Below, piece after piece: positions 14,413 through 29,829 of a DNA stretch of 64,000 nucleotides. The notes beneath the pieces were generated by a model. The model was not told the origin of the DNA. It ran no database searches and saw only the letters and a list, made by a program, of their open reading frames with translations. The stretch comes from Octopus vulgaris (taxonomy: Eukaryota). The translations under genes and the position numbers were made by a program. Location of the stretch: the NCBI GenBank assembly GCA_951406725.2, contig OX597817.1, positions 144,274,001-144,338,000 on the forward strand. Direction: 5' to 3'. Every line of letters begins with the position of its first letter. Within the stretch, counting starts at the first letter, position 1.

Positions 14413-15504
14413 TGTTACGGAATCGCCCGTCGTCGCCGCTCGCCCGAACGGGCAAGTTCGCCACGGAGCCCAGAGAGGAGAGAGGAGAGATACAACGACA
14501 ACAACAGCAGCAGCAGCACAGAGATACCGAGAGGCAATCGAGAGAGACACAAAGAGGCAAAACGGCAACAACTGGCTTACGTTTAACAACTAGTTTATAT
14601 GACAATCAATTGTTACAACATCAAATACATTTAAAGGAAACAACAAATCAATACATCATACGTCAAAGCATTTAAACATGCAAGTAACAATATAACAGTC
14701 CGGAGACGACACAACAAGGTCAATATATCAGCATTTCAAAGGTACAAGTCCGAAGACACAGTTCTTTTCCAAATCACTTCAACAGATAACGTTCACAGTT
14801 CTTTAAAGTCTTTTTCTACACATATCAACACAATTCTGATCATAAATACCACAACTCGATAATCGACACATCGACAAGTCCTTGACTCAATTCACATTGT
14901 TCATTTCACTGTCTCATTTCTTTTCACTATCTCTTTACATCGTGACACGTATCAATATATAATCAAATACCTTAATTCCTAATTGAACAGCCAGTGTCCC
15001 ATCTTGCACTTCATCTCTCTCCGTACCGCCTATTCCTCTGTATATATCCCTTTCTGTCTGTCGCTAGCTCCAACCTGCCAAGCTCTCGCATCCCAACTCT
15101 TGCCCCTAAAATTCCAACTGCTTGCCCTGACTTCCAAAAATCCGTCTGTCCTCTTTGACGCCCGAATACCAACTACCTCAAAACCTCACTTGCTCTGTCC
15201 TTCCCACTACCCTAATCTCCATCTGTTTCTACTGCTTATACCCTCTCTATCTGCTCTCAGCCCTACTGCCTATCTCTATCGCGCTGCTGCTGTCATCCTC
15301 TCTATCTGCTCTCAGATTTCTTACTCTATCTTTCTCACCACTTCACATCTCTCTGACCGCCAATCGACCGGCAAGGCCAAAGGTCCCTCCAAAACCCATT
15401 ACTCTTCCAGTAAACAAAGGACTTTAACTTTACACTGCAGACTTCCCGTCTCTAAGCCAAGCAAAGTAGGTCAAGAAGTACCGTGAACTGAACTATTCAC
15501 AACA
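14413..15504. mobile_element. Probable solo LTR
   Basis: TGTT...AACA termini, ~1.09 kb, embedded in (AT)n, no coding homology. Confidence 0.55.
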
Positions 15505-16462
15505 ATATATATATATATATATGTATATATATACTGTGGCATATATACAGAAACGAATAAATAAACACTATATCAATAAATAAACACTCTATGAGTTACA
15601 CGGTAACTAAGTATCTACATTCAAACACTTTTGTAACATTGCTATAATCCTAAGAAAAGAAATCTCAAGCTGTGAATCACTTTAAATTTAATTACAGCAA
15701 AGCATTTGCCGATCATTGTCAATTTAAGATGTAAAAATAACCAGTAAATGGACCAAATAATCTCGACTAAAAGTTTGTCTCCTTTATGCAAACAGTGATT
15801 ATAAGCACAGCACAGTTTGGAATTTCCACACTAGAAAGTTCTATGCAAAATATAAAATGTCCGTGGAACGTTAAACATTAAGTATTAGACTTCGCCTTAA
15901 AACACACCTTAACGAACAGCTGAAATGGATTATAAAATGTAAACTTGTTCGTATAACTGAACCGTTCGAACCAACACAGATTAACAATCATATAAACAAT
16001 ATATTAATACAATTACAGCATAAAAGACATATTAGCCATTCAAGAACATGCAAAGCACTTTAACTTCATTTGAACAGTTATTAATTAGTGCTAAAATTTT
16101 CGTCGCACCAATTATGATCTGGTCACCAATATGAATCCACGGGAACTGGTTTGAGACAAAGTTGTGGGCTTCAGGGTTATAAATATAATGTTTTTCATTT
16201 ATATAGGTCAGCCGTTCTACTTGTCATCGTCTAGTGCTCATAGTTAGTCAGTTAACTTGGTATTTTGTTATAATTCACATTCTGTTCCTTCCTGCTTTCA
16301 GCGTTGGTTTTTTTTTGGCAATGGATAGTATAGCAAATCATGAATTAATGACCTCAAAGAAAATCTACCAGTTCGTGACCACAGAGCAAAGGCAATGAGC
16401 AAAGACAGTGAGAAAAGACAAACTGTCTCCATATCAAAGCACTTGACGTACCTCTCCGAATG

Positions 16463-17754
16463 CGAGAGATGTTCATTAAAGATTTCCCCTGACCCACTTC
16501 AGGTTATTACAAGGAATGGAACTTGTACAGGGATACTTATACATGTATCTACACGTCACATTGTAAATTGCAGCTTTCCACTAGTATTCGTTTATCTTTT
16601 ACGGATGTTGAAGTGGACTAAGGTGTTATAATGAAGGCAATTGATTTCAGATCAGTGATCAGGTTCCTGTACTTGAAAGTTCGCACATCAAAAGAGACTT
16701 TCGATGAGATGGAAGAAATTTATGGTGACGATGCACCATCCTACGATGTAGTCAAGCACTGGCATCGCCAGTTCCAATGTGGTCGGACATCGGTGGAAAC
16801 TGCTTCTATTCCTGGACGACCACATTCCACCATTGATGACGACATCATCCATGAAGTGGAGCCACCATTTTGGAGGATCGCCGCATATTAATTCGGCAAC
16901 TTGCCCAAGAAGTGAAGATAAGTGTAGGATCCGTGGAAAAAATTGACGACCATTTGCACATGCGGAAATTGTCTGCACGATGGATTCCCCGGATGCTCAC
17001 ACCTTTTCAGAAGCAGAAACGAGTCAATTGCTCCCAGGCTCTTTTGGCAATGTGCCAAGAAAACGGGGAGGACTTTTTCAGCAGACACATCACACAGGAT
17101 GAAGCATGAGTCCATCACTAAGATCCTGAGATTAAAGTTCAGTCGAAGCAATGGTAACACGATAACTCACCACCTCCAAAGAAGGCTCGTGTCCAACCCT
17201 CAGCAGACAAGGTGATGCCCACAGACTTTTGAGACCAGCACAGAGTAGTGATAATGGATTTTCTGGCAAAAGGCACCACAACCAACGGAGCATATTATGC
17301 TTCTCTGCTGCAGAAATTGCGGGAAGCCATCAAAGCAGAGAGGCACGGCATGCTGACCAAAGGAATCCTCTTCCTCCAAGACAATACCCCCAGATCACAA
17401 TGCGCATGTTGTCCATATGAAAGCACACCCCTGCAGTTATGAAATCTTTCCCCATCCAGCTTACTTTCCCGGTCTCGAACCACCTGACTTTCATCTCTTT
17501 CCAACCATGAAGTCGATTTTGAAGGGGAAGCACTTTTCAGATGATGACGAACTTATTTCCGAGGTAAAGTATTGGCTCCAGACGCAACCTACCGACTTCT
17601 ACAGACGAGGTCTTCACAGCTGCATAAAGCGATGGGAGATGTGTGTCACCAATGTTGGCGGTTATGTAAAGAAGGACTAATAATTATGCCAAGTTTCGTT
17701 TATCCCAGTCTTTGGGAAGTGGGTCAGAGGAAATCTTTAATTAATACACCTCGT
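16463..17754 (+). mobile_element. Decayed mariner transposon
   Basis: TIRs contain ATTAAAGATTTCC(C/T)CTGACCCACTTC at both ends. Frameshifted transposase at 16631-17680 with WIPRML, ITQDE, LQDN and HPAYFPGLEPPDFHLF. Confidence 0.92.
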
Positions 17755-18554
17755 TTATTAATACAATCTACAATACCTACAACATCAATACCAATAGCGT
17801 CGAATAGTAAGAGAAGTAGAACTGGAGCTAGTTGCAGGTGTCAACAAAATTTGTTTTCTCATGGCCAACAACAGTTCATCTAAAACTCAATGCGTGGCTA
17901 AGCGAACAGTTAAATACGGAAATCTCTTTAAAATACTACAAGCAATTTAATATGATCTCTGTTTCAGCAAGTATAAAATTTTGACCTGAAAGGCAGGTCA
18001 ATGAAACCAAATACATAAATCTGTTCCGACTAGAACTAGTAGTAAATTAATTAGTAGGACATTAACTAAATTCTAATCAATCAAGGAATACAAAAACAAC
18101 ACGAAGCTCTAAATCTAATGAGACCCGAACAAAGCGTCTACTGTATAAAAAACGATCGCGCTACCATTGCACCAAAGCGTTTCTCTAAATATGAGATGCC
18201 TGAAAATTTAAATTTCGATACTCCGAGTTTCATGTCACTGATTTTCAAGGATAATCTGAGGAGTGAAAATGGCAACCATTAAAAGAAATACTCAGAAAAT
18301 GTAAAATAAAACGTTTATATGCAGAAAGCGCTCGGAGTGTATTTTCACAGACCTAATTTTTAACATATATGTTTAAATATCGCAAACTAGTACAATCATA
18401 AAAGTATGAACTAAACTAACCGAGATGCCCTTACAATTCCAGAACCCAACATTAGAACATGAACATATACACAGCCATATCTACAAATATGTAGTACTCA
18501 ATCAATCAGATAATATTACAAACATAACGAACAAAGGAATACCTGAAGGAATGT

Positions 18555-20132
18555 AGATATCAACTTGCAGTCCCTCTGACCAACCTCTGGAGAAACTCGT
18601 TAGACGCAGGTTATATACCGAAAAAGTTTCTATCCCAGTCGGTCATCCCGGTTTTCAAACAGGGAAGCAGATCCCTCGCAGTCAACTATCGCCCAATCTC
18701 ACTCACCTCCCACATCATTAAAGTGTTTGAAAGAGTGTTAAGATCAAGGATAGCTGACTTCCTGGAGACCCACAAACTCCTAAATTCAAATCAGCATGGC
18801 TTTCGCTGTGGCAGGGACTGTCTAACACAGCTCTTACACCACATTGAAGATGTTCTCAAAGCCTTGGGAACAGGTTCGAACTCTGACGTCATATACCTTG
18901 ACTTCAGTAAAGCGTTCGACAGGGTAGACCATAACATCCTACTCTCAAAATTGGCAAATGTTGGAATCCGTGGAAAAGTTCTACACTGGATTCAGTATTT
19001 CCTAGCGAATAGAACACAACATGTTGTAGTTGATGGAGTCCACTCAAACCCAGCAAAAGTCACCAGCGTGTTCCCCAGGGAACTGTTTTGGGTCCGCTAC
19101 TCTTCATAATTTATGTAAACGACCTTTCCAGTGTCGTACATCACTGCAAAGTGAAAATATTCGCTGATGACACTAAGCTCCAGCAAATCGTCAATGAAGA
19201 AGCAGACCGAACTCAACTCCAGTCTGACCTATATGCTGTGAGTCAATGGGCAGACAGAAACAAAATGCAACTGAATGAGGGAAAATTTGAGCTGATGCAT
19301 TTTGGAAGAAATTCCTCACTAAAACAACCATACTCTCTTCCTTCAGGGGAACCGCTCACAGCCTCTAACAATATCAGAGACCTGGGTGTAATTGTTGATG
19401 ACGATCTCAGTTGCAGTGCACACATCAACAAGAAGGTCGATACAGCTCGTAGGATGAGTTCCTGGATCTTAAGAACTTTCCGGTCCAGAGAACAAGGTAT
19501 CATCATACCACTTTTTTCATCCTTTGTACGGCCACACCTTGAATACTGCTGCCCACTGTGGTCTCCTCACACAAGACAAAACATCTCCAGAATTGAGTCA
19601 CCCCAGAGGGCTCTCACTAAACAAATTGAAGGCATGGCTGCTCTCGACTATTGGGATCGCCTTAAAGCCTTGAAACTTTACTCCCTCCAGCGTCGCCGTG
19701 AGCGGTACATCATTTGTACGATGTGGAAAATATACCGCCAACTTTGCCCAAACGACCTAAACATTAGCTTCAAGGTTCATCCGATACTTGGACCACGGGC
19801 TATACGTCCCCTGCCAAATTCAAGATCACAACATACATGTACACTGCAACATAATTTCTTTTCCTCAACAGGCCCTGCCCTATTTAACATTGTCCCGAGG
19901 GAGATCAAAGAGGAAAAGGATCCCATCAACTTCAAACAGAGTCTGGATAGATTCCTTCAAAGAATACCAGATAAGCCACCCATAATTGGATACAACTCAC
20001 CCAACAAGAACTCACTACTTGAACAAAACTTGACTTAAACAGGATTCGAATAATCCTATCAGGTGGTGCTATTAAGTTAGACATGGCCTGGACCAATCTC
20101 TGGTCGAAACATATCTAAGTTTTATCTAAGTT
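18555..20132 (+). mobile_element. 5'-truncated CR1-like LINE (RT and 3' end)
   Basis: QHGFR, YLDFSKAFDRVDH, LGPLLF, FADDTKL, RPHLEY, SLQRRRER. One frameshift at ~19070. Tail (ATCTAAGTTT)2. Confidence 0.9.
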
Positions 20133-20309
20133 TTAATCAAACCTGGAGTTCCCCGTTCAGCTGCCTAACGGATATCAGCATGATTTCAGCACCAATTGAT
20201 AGGATCACTTATATATCTATATCTCTATATATATATATACATACACACACAAACACAGACACACCTACATATATGTATATGTATGTATGTATGTATATAT
20301 ATATATAGA

Positions 20310-20384
<75 letters not shown>

Positions 20385-20385
<1 letters not shown>

Positions 20386-21171
20386 ACTTAGATATAGTTC
20401 GACCAAAGATTGGTCCAGACGATGTCTAACTTAACACCACCACCTGATAGGCTTATCTAAATTCTGTTAAAGTCAAGTTTTGTGGTTCATTCGAGTTGGG
20501 AGTTCTTATTGAGTGAGTTGTATCCAGGTATAGGTGGCTTATCTGGGATTCCTTGAAGAAATTTGTACAGATTCCGTTTAAAGATAATGGGATCCTTTTC
20601 CTTTCTGATCTTTTTCGGGGCAATTTTAAATAAGGCAGGGTCTGTTGATTAAAAGAAATTGTGTTGCAGAATATTTATGCGTTGTAATTCTGAACTGGAT
20701 AGTGAACATAAGGCCCGTGGTCCTAACCTTGGATGAATTTTGAAGCTCATGTTGAGGTCGCTTAGGCAATGCTGCTAGTATGTATTCTCTACATCGTGGA
20801 AATGATATATCGTTCGCGTCGGCGCTGGAGAGAATAGAATTTCAATGCTTTGAGGCAGTCCCAGTAATCGAGATCAGTCATGCCCGTAATTCTTTTAGTG
20901 AATGACCTCTGGGGTGATTCAACTTTCGAGATGCTTTGCTTTGTATGGAGAGACCACATGGGGCAGCAGTATTCGAGATGTGGCCTTACAAAGGAGGAGA
21001 AAAGAGGAATATTGACACCTTGCTCTCTGGACCGGAAGGTCCTTAGGATCCAGGAGCTCATCATACGAGCTATATTGACATTATTGTTGATGTGGGCACT
21101 CCAACTGAGATTGTTATCAACAATTACTCCTAGGTCTCTGATGTTATTAGATGCTGTGAGTGTTTCCCCTG
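20385..21171 (-). mobile_element. Second CR1-like 3' fragment, inverted relative to the first
   Basis: ORF 20789..21304(-) [17 protein letters not shown] and the same 3' UTR. Further 3' fragments at 22725-22940(+) and 40670-40742(-). Confidence 0.88.
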
Positions 21172-21233
<62 letters not shown>

Positions 21234-21304
21234 CATACATACATACATACATACATACATACATACATACATACATACATACATACATGCATACATACAT
21301 ACAT

Positions 21305-21555
21305 ACATTTCGATTCTCAGACCGGGCGTTGTGAGTGTTTATGGAGCGAAAACACCTAAAGCTCCACGAGACTCCGGTAGTGGATGGAGGCGATCCCCGC
21401 TGTACTCTTTCGCCACAACTTTCTCTCACTCTTTCTTCTGTTGGCCTGCTCGCTTAGCCAGCGGGGTGGTGCCATTTGAAGGCTAAAACAATGCGAGGCG
21501 CAGTGTGACCAGCGATGACTACCAACATCTGATAGCCTGGTCGGTCACGGTGATC
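21305..21555 (+). mobile_element. SINE family C fragment
   Basis: Shares TTCTCAGACCGGGCG..GTTTATG.AGCGAAA.CACCTAA..CTCCACG and CTCTTTCGCCACA with 54195-54472. Confidence 0.6.
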
Positions 21556-22244
21556 ACATACATACATACATACATTCATTCATACATACATACATACATA
21601 CATACATACATACATACATACATACATACATACATACATACATACACACATACATACATACATACATACATACATACATACATACATACATACATACATG
21701 CATACATACATGTGCTCGACTACTTCTAGATCTATCAAAACCGAGGTGACTATGTTTCACTGAAGAGATTCAATAAAGCCGAAACATGCCTGTCGATTTC
21801 ACCAGTTGACTTTCCAGTCAAAGTCCATTCCGAAATACATTCTTATTATTTTTTCCAAGTTTTCATTAACTAGTATAATTAAAGATCAGTTGAGATGATT
21901 AAAGTTGTTTTTCAGACTTTAAACACTCCTCCATAAAGTTTTTGTCGTCTAATTGCAAAAATGATTTGAGTTACAGTTTTAAAACTCACTTTGTTGCACA
22001 GGTATCTGTGAGTATGTTTGTGTAGATATGTATGTTCATGTGTATGTGTGTGTGTGTGTGTATGCGTTTGTACGAGTGCGTGTGTATTTATATACATATA
22101 ATTATATATAATTATATACATATAATTATATATGTATGTATATACATAACATATGTACATATAAGTATATATATATATATATGTACACACGTGCGCGCGC
22201 GCACTCACACACACCACACATCACATATACACGAGTATATATAT

Positions 22245-22445
22245 ATTCTTTTATTTGCTTCAGTATTTGACTGCGGCCATGCTGGAGCACCGCCTTTAGT
22301 CGAGCAAATCGATCCCAGTACTTATTCTATCGCTCTCTCTTGCCGAATCGCTAATTGACGGAGACGGAAACATACCATCATCGGTTGTCAAGCGATGTTG
22401 GGGGGACAAACACAAACATATACATACATACATATACATACACAT

Positions 22446-22514
<69 letters not shown>

Positions 22515-22705
22515 CATACACATACATACTTATATATATGCGACGGGATTTTTTCATTTTTCGTCTACCAAATCCACTCACAAGGCTTTGGTCGGCCCGA
22601 CGTTATAGTAGAAGTCACTTGGCCAAGGTGCTACGCAGTGGGACTGAATCCGGAATAGGTGGTTGGTAAGCAAGCTACTTACCACGCAGCCACTCCTGCG
22701 CCTAT
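22245..22705 (-). mobile_element. SINE family A
   Basis: Full head and tail with an internal (CA)n. Confidence 0.85.
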
Positions 22706-23074
22706 AAATATATAACATTTTTCTGAAACAGATCAAAGATCAAAGAGGAAAAGGATCCCATTACCTTTAAACGGAATCTGGACCATTTTCTTCAAGGAAT
22801 ACCAGATATGCCACCTATACCTGGATCCTGGATCACTCAATAAGAACTCCTTACTCGAATGGACCCTGATACAACAAAACCTGACTTATTAAGTTAGACA
22901 TGGCCTAGAAAATCTTTGGTCGAAGCATATCTAAGTTTATATATATATAAACCGATAGAATAAGTACTGGGCTTACAAAGAATAAGTCCCGGGGTCGAGT
23001 TGCTCGATTAAAGGCGGTGCTCCGGCATGGCTGCAGTCAAATGACTGAAACAAGTAAAAGAGAGTAAAAGAGAG

Positions 23075-23109
<35 letters not shown>

Positions 23110-23119
23110 ATTTATGTTT

Positions 23120-23436
23120 GTCATTATTCAGTTTATCTCAAGATTTCTTGCCAATAGAGAAAGAACCGATTTCTAACCTAGATCCAAGACTCCTTCATTG
23201 GAATTTCAACACCAGCAACAGGGTGGTTTTGTATGTATGTATGTATGTATGTATGTATGTATGTATGTATGTATGTATGTATGTATGTATGTATGTATGT
23301 ATGTATGTATGCATGTATGTATGTACAGATTTGTATGTTTTATGAATGTATTCTCATGCATATAGTTACATATCTAGACATGCTCATATATATTTAAATG
23401 ATAAACCCCTGGAAAGTTTAAACAGATTTTTACAGT
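23120..23436 (-). mobile_element. R4/Dong-like LINE 3' end
   Basis: Same 3' UTR as 27830-28610, with (CATA)n inside the UTR. Confidence 0.7.
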
Positions 23437-23854
23437 ATGTATGTATCTAGGTTTGTATGTATGCATGTTTGTATGTATGTATGTATGTATGTATGTATAC
23501 ATGTATTTGTGTGGTTCTGTATACATTAGCTCATGTGATCATGCGTTTGGTCAGCATGTTTGCCTGGCAATTAGATTCGCCTTATTAATGTCGTCAATAA
23601 TAAAGGTTAACTTATCATTTCTCTTCCATATGTTTGATGTTCCAGCTCTATTCACGCTTGTTCTCCCTCCCACCCCGCCACGATCACAACCACCACGGCC
23701 TCCTTCTCCACCACGTCCGCCATTTTGGCTTCTTGCTGCTTTCTTAATTTTTTGTTTGTTTTTTGTTTTCATTGTATCCTCTTTTTGCTTCTTCGATCAG
23801 GAGATGGTGTGACATGCTCATCATAAAACACACACTTGAATACATACAGTATAT

Positions 23855-24036
<182 letters not shown>

Positions 24037-26414
24037 CATATATATACACAAAAATACACACACGCACGCACGTACACACACATACATACACAAATTGTAT
24101 GTATGTATGCATGTATACAAACATTAAACATACTGTAGTGGTTGATTAGTTATATTGGTTTCTCCCATTAATTGTATTTTCTCATTTTTCTCTATTGATC
24201 TCCATCGATTAACGTATTTTTATGTGGTTATTATTGACAGCAATCGGCTTATTTCTGTATATTTTGGTCGTTTCAATGGTTGTTTGTACAACCATAAGAT
24301 TGTATTAGGAACGGCTTCTCTATAGGTATTTATGAGATTTTTCCACTCTTAATTCTCAAAGAACCATCCATACACCCACAAGTGGTGTTTCATTAAGTCT
24401 TTAAACATTGCCGACTTCTATTATTGAAGTTTGACATTAATATTGATTTTTTTTTTTACTAAAATATATATTAGTCGCAAGGCCTAAAATCTGTGAAAAT
24501 CGGGCGTGGACGGAGGCAGCCTCAGTATCGTCATTCAAATCTCACTCATATCACATTCTGTTGAAAACATTTAAATGGAACATCTGGCACTCCGTCGCTT
24601 TCGACGACAAGGGTTCCAGTTGATCCGATCAACCGAACAGTCTGCTGGTCAAATTAACGTAAAAGTGGCTGAGCACTCCACAAAAACGCGTGCCCTTAAC
24701 GTACTTTACAGGGTAATTCAGCGTGTCATAGAATGTGACAAGGCTGGCCCTTTGACAAGTACAACCCATTTTTGTCAGCTAAATGGACTGGGGCAATGTG
24801 AAATAAAGTGTCTTGCTCAAGGACGCAACGCATCGACAGAAACCGAACTCGCGACCTTACGATCGTGAACCAAAGTACTATAACCACTAAGCTACGTGCC
24901 TTCACTAATGTATAAAATCTAAATTGAATTCTATGAAAATTATAACATTTACTCACCGTTCAAGAGAGCTTCCAGGAAAATGGAGTGCAGTTTTAGACGA
25001 AACAGTCCATGCAACTAGAACCCTTCTTTACCGTGTGACTAACATGGCACTTCATTGGAAGAATTTAAATTCCGGTGTCGCTCGTCAATGCAACAGTTTC
25101 TACTTGAATGAGTCTCTCTCAACCGACAAAAGTTTTATTGGGCGGTTTAAATTCTAGCAATAAACACGATCCAAAGTTCGATAATGTTAAATTTGTTGGT
25201 CCTCATAGCTGCTTTCAGGGCCTCCATCACTGATAGCAAATATGGAAGATGGTTGTCCTCACATCAAAGACCAAGTTGAAATGCCTGCAGCCAAGCAACC
25301 AAGGGTCAGATGGTGCTTTGAACCAAGCGACAGACTAAATTTACCACCAAGAACAGAAACGGTCATCAGACGAGAATCTATGAAGTTTCTGTCAACTAAA
25401 AATCCTGGGGTCGATTTGCTCGACTAAAGGCGGTGCTCTAGCATGGCCGCAGTCAAATGACTGAAACAAGTAAAAGAGTAAAAGAGAGTATCGCTGAAAA
25501 TGCAGACTATACATGAATACTAGCAAGAGATGCAAACTCTGTATAGCAGAAAAGATCATATTTTTAAGGAATAAGAGGGAAAACAATCTTGTTTCTCAAC
25601 ATAAAAGCAGTTAACTACACCCGGTGTATACATATGAGAAAATTTGTGCTCAGAAACTGGACATCACCACGATAAACCACATTTTACCCTAATATATCGT
25701 TAATCTTTTTATACCTTTCATATGTGACTGAAGAAGCTCTAATTTATGTGCTTCTCCAAAATACGCGCTGAATTACAGATCCCCTGCACAATATAACCCT
25801 CTTACTTACCGTTTCGTCTTCATTTCAATCCCTCTAGCTTCTCTCTATCTCTCTTCTCATGCTTTTCATTCTTTTCCTTCCACATCTCTCACTCTCCATC
25901 TTCACCCTAATCCTATTCTCTAATAATTAGTACATATGTGTATATGCGAGTGAGTGATATCGCGTGTGTGCACGTGAGTGAGCGCATGCCTGTGGGTGCA
26001 TAATATATGTATTTGTCAATGTGAGTCTTAACTTGACAAAGGAAATAAACACCCAGGAAAAGGTAAACGATTGAAGTCCCTTCTTATGAAAAAACAATTA
26101 CATTTGTGTAGAATTATGAATATATGTATGTATATTGTGTGTGTCTGTGTATTCGCGTGTGTATACGTATTGAGACGTGTGCGAGCGTTTATCTGTAGGT
26201 TACAGTGTGTCCACAGATATATATATATATATATACTATTTTAATTTTTCTCAGTCGTAAATTTATTGAGCGCTTGTTGAAAAAGCGAGCGATGTTTTTA
26301 AAGAAGCCATTACAGCTGTTTAGCTTGCTGCTAGAATGGCTAACCCACGTTACCTGACCGGAAACTAATAGTAGCTGCTGATCGATCTCGGAATTGTAAT
26401 ATATTTATGAGCCT

Positions 26415-26940
26415 ACTATACACACACACGCGCACACGTACACACGCACAAACACGCACACACACACACACAAACACACACACATACACAAACACACATG
26501 CATGCATGATACATGATACATGCATACATGCATATATACATATATACATATACACACACACATGCACACAGATGCAGGCACACACACACGTACATGCATA
26601 TATACATATATACATACACATACACATGCACACAGATGCACGCACACACACACGTACATGCATATATACATATATACATACACATGCACACAGATACACG
26701 CACACACACGTACATGCATATATACATACACACACATGCACACAGATGCACGCACACACACACGTACATGCATATATACATATATACATACACACACACA
26801 TACATACAAGATACATACTTATATGCATACATACATATATACATACACACACTCACACGCACACACATATACACATATACATCCATAATACATGCATACA
26901 TGCATATGTACATATATATACATACACTCACACGCACACC

Positions 26941-26998
<58 letters not shown>

Positions 26999-27000
26999 GA
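26415..27000. repeat. Compound CA/TA microsatellite with ~50-60-bp higher-order repeat
   Basis: Recurrent CATGCACACAGATGCACGCACACACACACGTACATGCATATATACATA. Confidence 0.8.
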
Positions 27001-27302
27001 CAATATATCTTTAATCTTTTTAGACCATTAATATGTGATTGCAGAAGCTCTAATTTATGAGCTCCTCCAAAATACGCACCAAATTGCAGATCCCCTGCAA
27101 AATTCACCCCCTGTTAGTTACCTTTTCCTTTCCATTTCAATCCCTCTCGCTTCTCTCTGCCATATATACATATATACATACATAGACTCACACGCACACA
27201 CACACACACACACACACATAAACACACACACACACACACACACACATAAACACACACACACACATGATGTGTATATAGAGGATGTGTATGATGTGTATAA
27301 AA

Positions 27303-27532
27303 AGGCGGCGAGCTGGCAGAAACGTTAGCACGCCGGGCGATATGCGTAGCCGTATTTCGTCTGCCGTTACGTTCTGAGTTCAAATTCCGTCGAGGTCGAC
27401 TTTGCCTTTCATCCTTTCGGGGTCGATAAATTAAGTACCAGTTACGCACTGGGATCGATGTAATCGACTTAATCCCTTTGTCTGTCCTTGTTTGTCCCCT
27501 CTGTGTTTAGCCCCTTGTGGGTAGTAGAGAAA
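27303..27532 (+). mobile_element. SINE family B
   Basis: Matches 11290-11524. Confidence 0.85.
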
Positions 27533-27829
27533 TATATATAGGGGATCAGAGGTCCTTCCCGAGTCATAGGCGCTCATAAGGCCGTTTTACCGGACTCTGT
27601 GGGGGTGTATATATTCATCTCCGGGATTGGATGCTGGTTCGTCGTGAGGTTACTCCTTTTTGGTGGCTGGGGGAAATGAAGCAACGTGAAATGATGTGTT
27701 TTGCTGAACAACCCAACACATCGCCCAAATCAGTAGACCAAAACCAGAATTTACAATCATGAGTGAAGTGCAACCTTCACACGTTAATCCAGGCTCCTCC
27801 ACACGTATATGCTTGTATATGTATGTATA

Positions 27830-28610
27830 TCATTATTCAGTTTATTTCAAGATTTCTTGCCAATAGAGAAAGAACCGGTTTCTAACCTAGATCCAAGATT
27901 CCTTCACTGGAATTTCAGCATCAACAACAGGGTATTTTTGTTTGTTTGTATGTATGTATGTATGTATGTATGTATGTATGTATGTATGTATGTATGTATG
28001 TATGTATGTATGTATGTGTGTGTGTGTATGTATGTATTGTGCAGATTTGTATGTTTTGTTTTATGTATGTATGCTCATGCATATAGTTGCAGATCTAGAC
28101 TCGCTCATATAGATTTAAATGATAAGCTTCTAGAAAGTTTTACAGATTTTTACAGTTCCACTGATTGATTGGATCTGTAGATTTCGAATTAGCTTTCTCC
28201 TTTCTGGTTTTGAGAAGCCTAATTTCTCCAGATTGGTATTTAGGCAGTGTGTTACATATCTCAGGGCTCCAATAATTACTGGTATAAACCTGAACTTGTA
28301 ATCTCGATAGAGTAACTGTAGATTTCTAAATAGTTCAGCGTAGATATTCTCTTTTTCACTGATCTTCAGCTTTACGTTAACATCCGCTGGACAGCTAATT
28401 TCCACAACTGTGCACAGTTTTTCTTCTCTATCCCAAATCATTATATCAAGTCTGTTGTGCTTAGATTTTATCGAGGTTTTCACTGGTACATTCCACTAGT
28501 ATTATTTTTTATTATGAGTGGCTATGGCTTCTACCATATTGTGGGTTCTTATTTCTTTGTCCTCGGGATTATCCTTCCGAGATACGTAAGGATATTGTAT
28601 CCGCATATCC
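27830..28610 (-). mobile_element. R4/Dong-like non-LTR retrotransposon 3' fragment (restriction-like endonuclease)
   Basis: ORF 28130..28483 KHNRLDIMIWD..VEISCP..EKENIY..IPVIIGAL is a PD-(D/E)xK RLE domain. The 3' UTR ends in a microsatellite. Confidence 0.8.
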
Positions 28611-29202
28611 ATTATATAAGCAGAATGGTGTATATATAAGTTTCCTGCATATATATATATATATATACACGACAGAGAAAGAAAGAGAGGGGGTAGAGAG
28701 AGATATACAGAGAGAGGGACAGATATAAGGATAGAAGCTCTGCATGTTCGTATTGGCTAGATGAAGGATGATTATCTGCGTATATAGCGGACTGCCTTGA
28801 ATGTGACTGAAAAAATAGTGACAAGAAGTAAGAAAGCAGAAGAAATATTCGTCCCAAAACTAAATGTAACATTCAGTTATATCAATCTTGTCTTCGTTCT
28901 AAACAGACGTCAATTTCCTGTTATTATGACATTTGCAATGACTATTAACAAACCGGGTATATTTTTATTGTATTTTGTAATAATTTTCAGTGAATTTAAT
29001 TAAGATAAGCCTTACTGTCATTATTGTAGGTACTGATACAATCGTTTTCATATATACATTCGTACAAACGGATGTGTGTGAGTGTGTGTGTGCGCGCGTG
29101 CGCGCGTGTGTGGTGTCCAATAAGATTTCATGAAGCGGAAAACATGAGATAATATATAAGTTATAGTCGATTCATATAACCAAGCGGTTTCGTGTGGGAC
29201 TA

Positions 29203-29435
29203 AGGCGGCGAGCTGGCAGAAACGTTAGCACGCCGGGCGAAATGCGTAGCCGTATTTTGTCTGACGTTACATTCCGAGTTCAAATTCCGCCGAGGTCGAC
29301 TTTGCCTTTCAACCTTTCGGGGTTGATTAAATAAGTACCAGTTACGCACTGGGGTCGATGTAATCGACGTAATCCGTTAGTCTGTCCTTGTTTGTCCTCT
29401 CTGTGTTTAGCCCCTTGTGGGTAGTAAAGAAATAG
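29203..29435 (+). mobile_element. SINE family B with TSD
   Basis: TSD GGTTTCGTGTGGGA on both sides. Confidence 0.85.
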
Positions 29436-29787
29436 GTTTCGTGTGGGAGGACCTTCCAATAGTTGAAATTTAACAGTCATGACGCATTTTAATTTACCTT
29501 TCCACACTTAGAAGGTGCTTTAACACGAAACCGCTCGGTAACATGAATCGACTGTTACCAAGCTAACAGGTACACACACACACACACACACGATACTGGT
29601 GAACGATAAGAAATAGTAATCAATCCTGCATTGGTAGATAAATGCTCTTACCCTTTTACTCTTTTATTTATTTCAGTCGTTTGACTGTGGCCATGCTAGA
29701 GCACCGCCTTTAGTCGAGCAGATCCAACCGTACTCCTTACTGACTCCAATTTTTTAAAATTATGTGTGTGTGTGTGTGTTTGTGCGA

Positions 29788-29829
<42 letters not shown>

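Noticed and set aside
14983-15486. 167-aa ORF
   Set aside because: Low-complexity sequence inside the probable solo LTR, with no recognisable domain.
20075-20120. GACCA/TGGTC stem followed by GAAAC in the CR1-like 3' UTR
   Set aside because: There is no CUGANGA. An ordinary LINE 3' stem-loop explains it better.
21756-21798. CTGAAGA..GAAA..GTC hammerhead-like string
   Set aside because: Stem I does not pair and stem II is weak. At best a dead relic.
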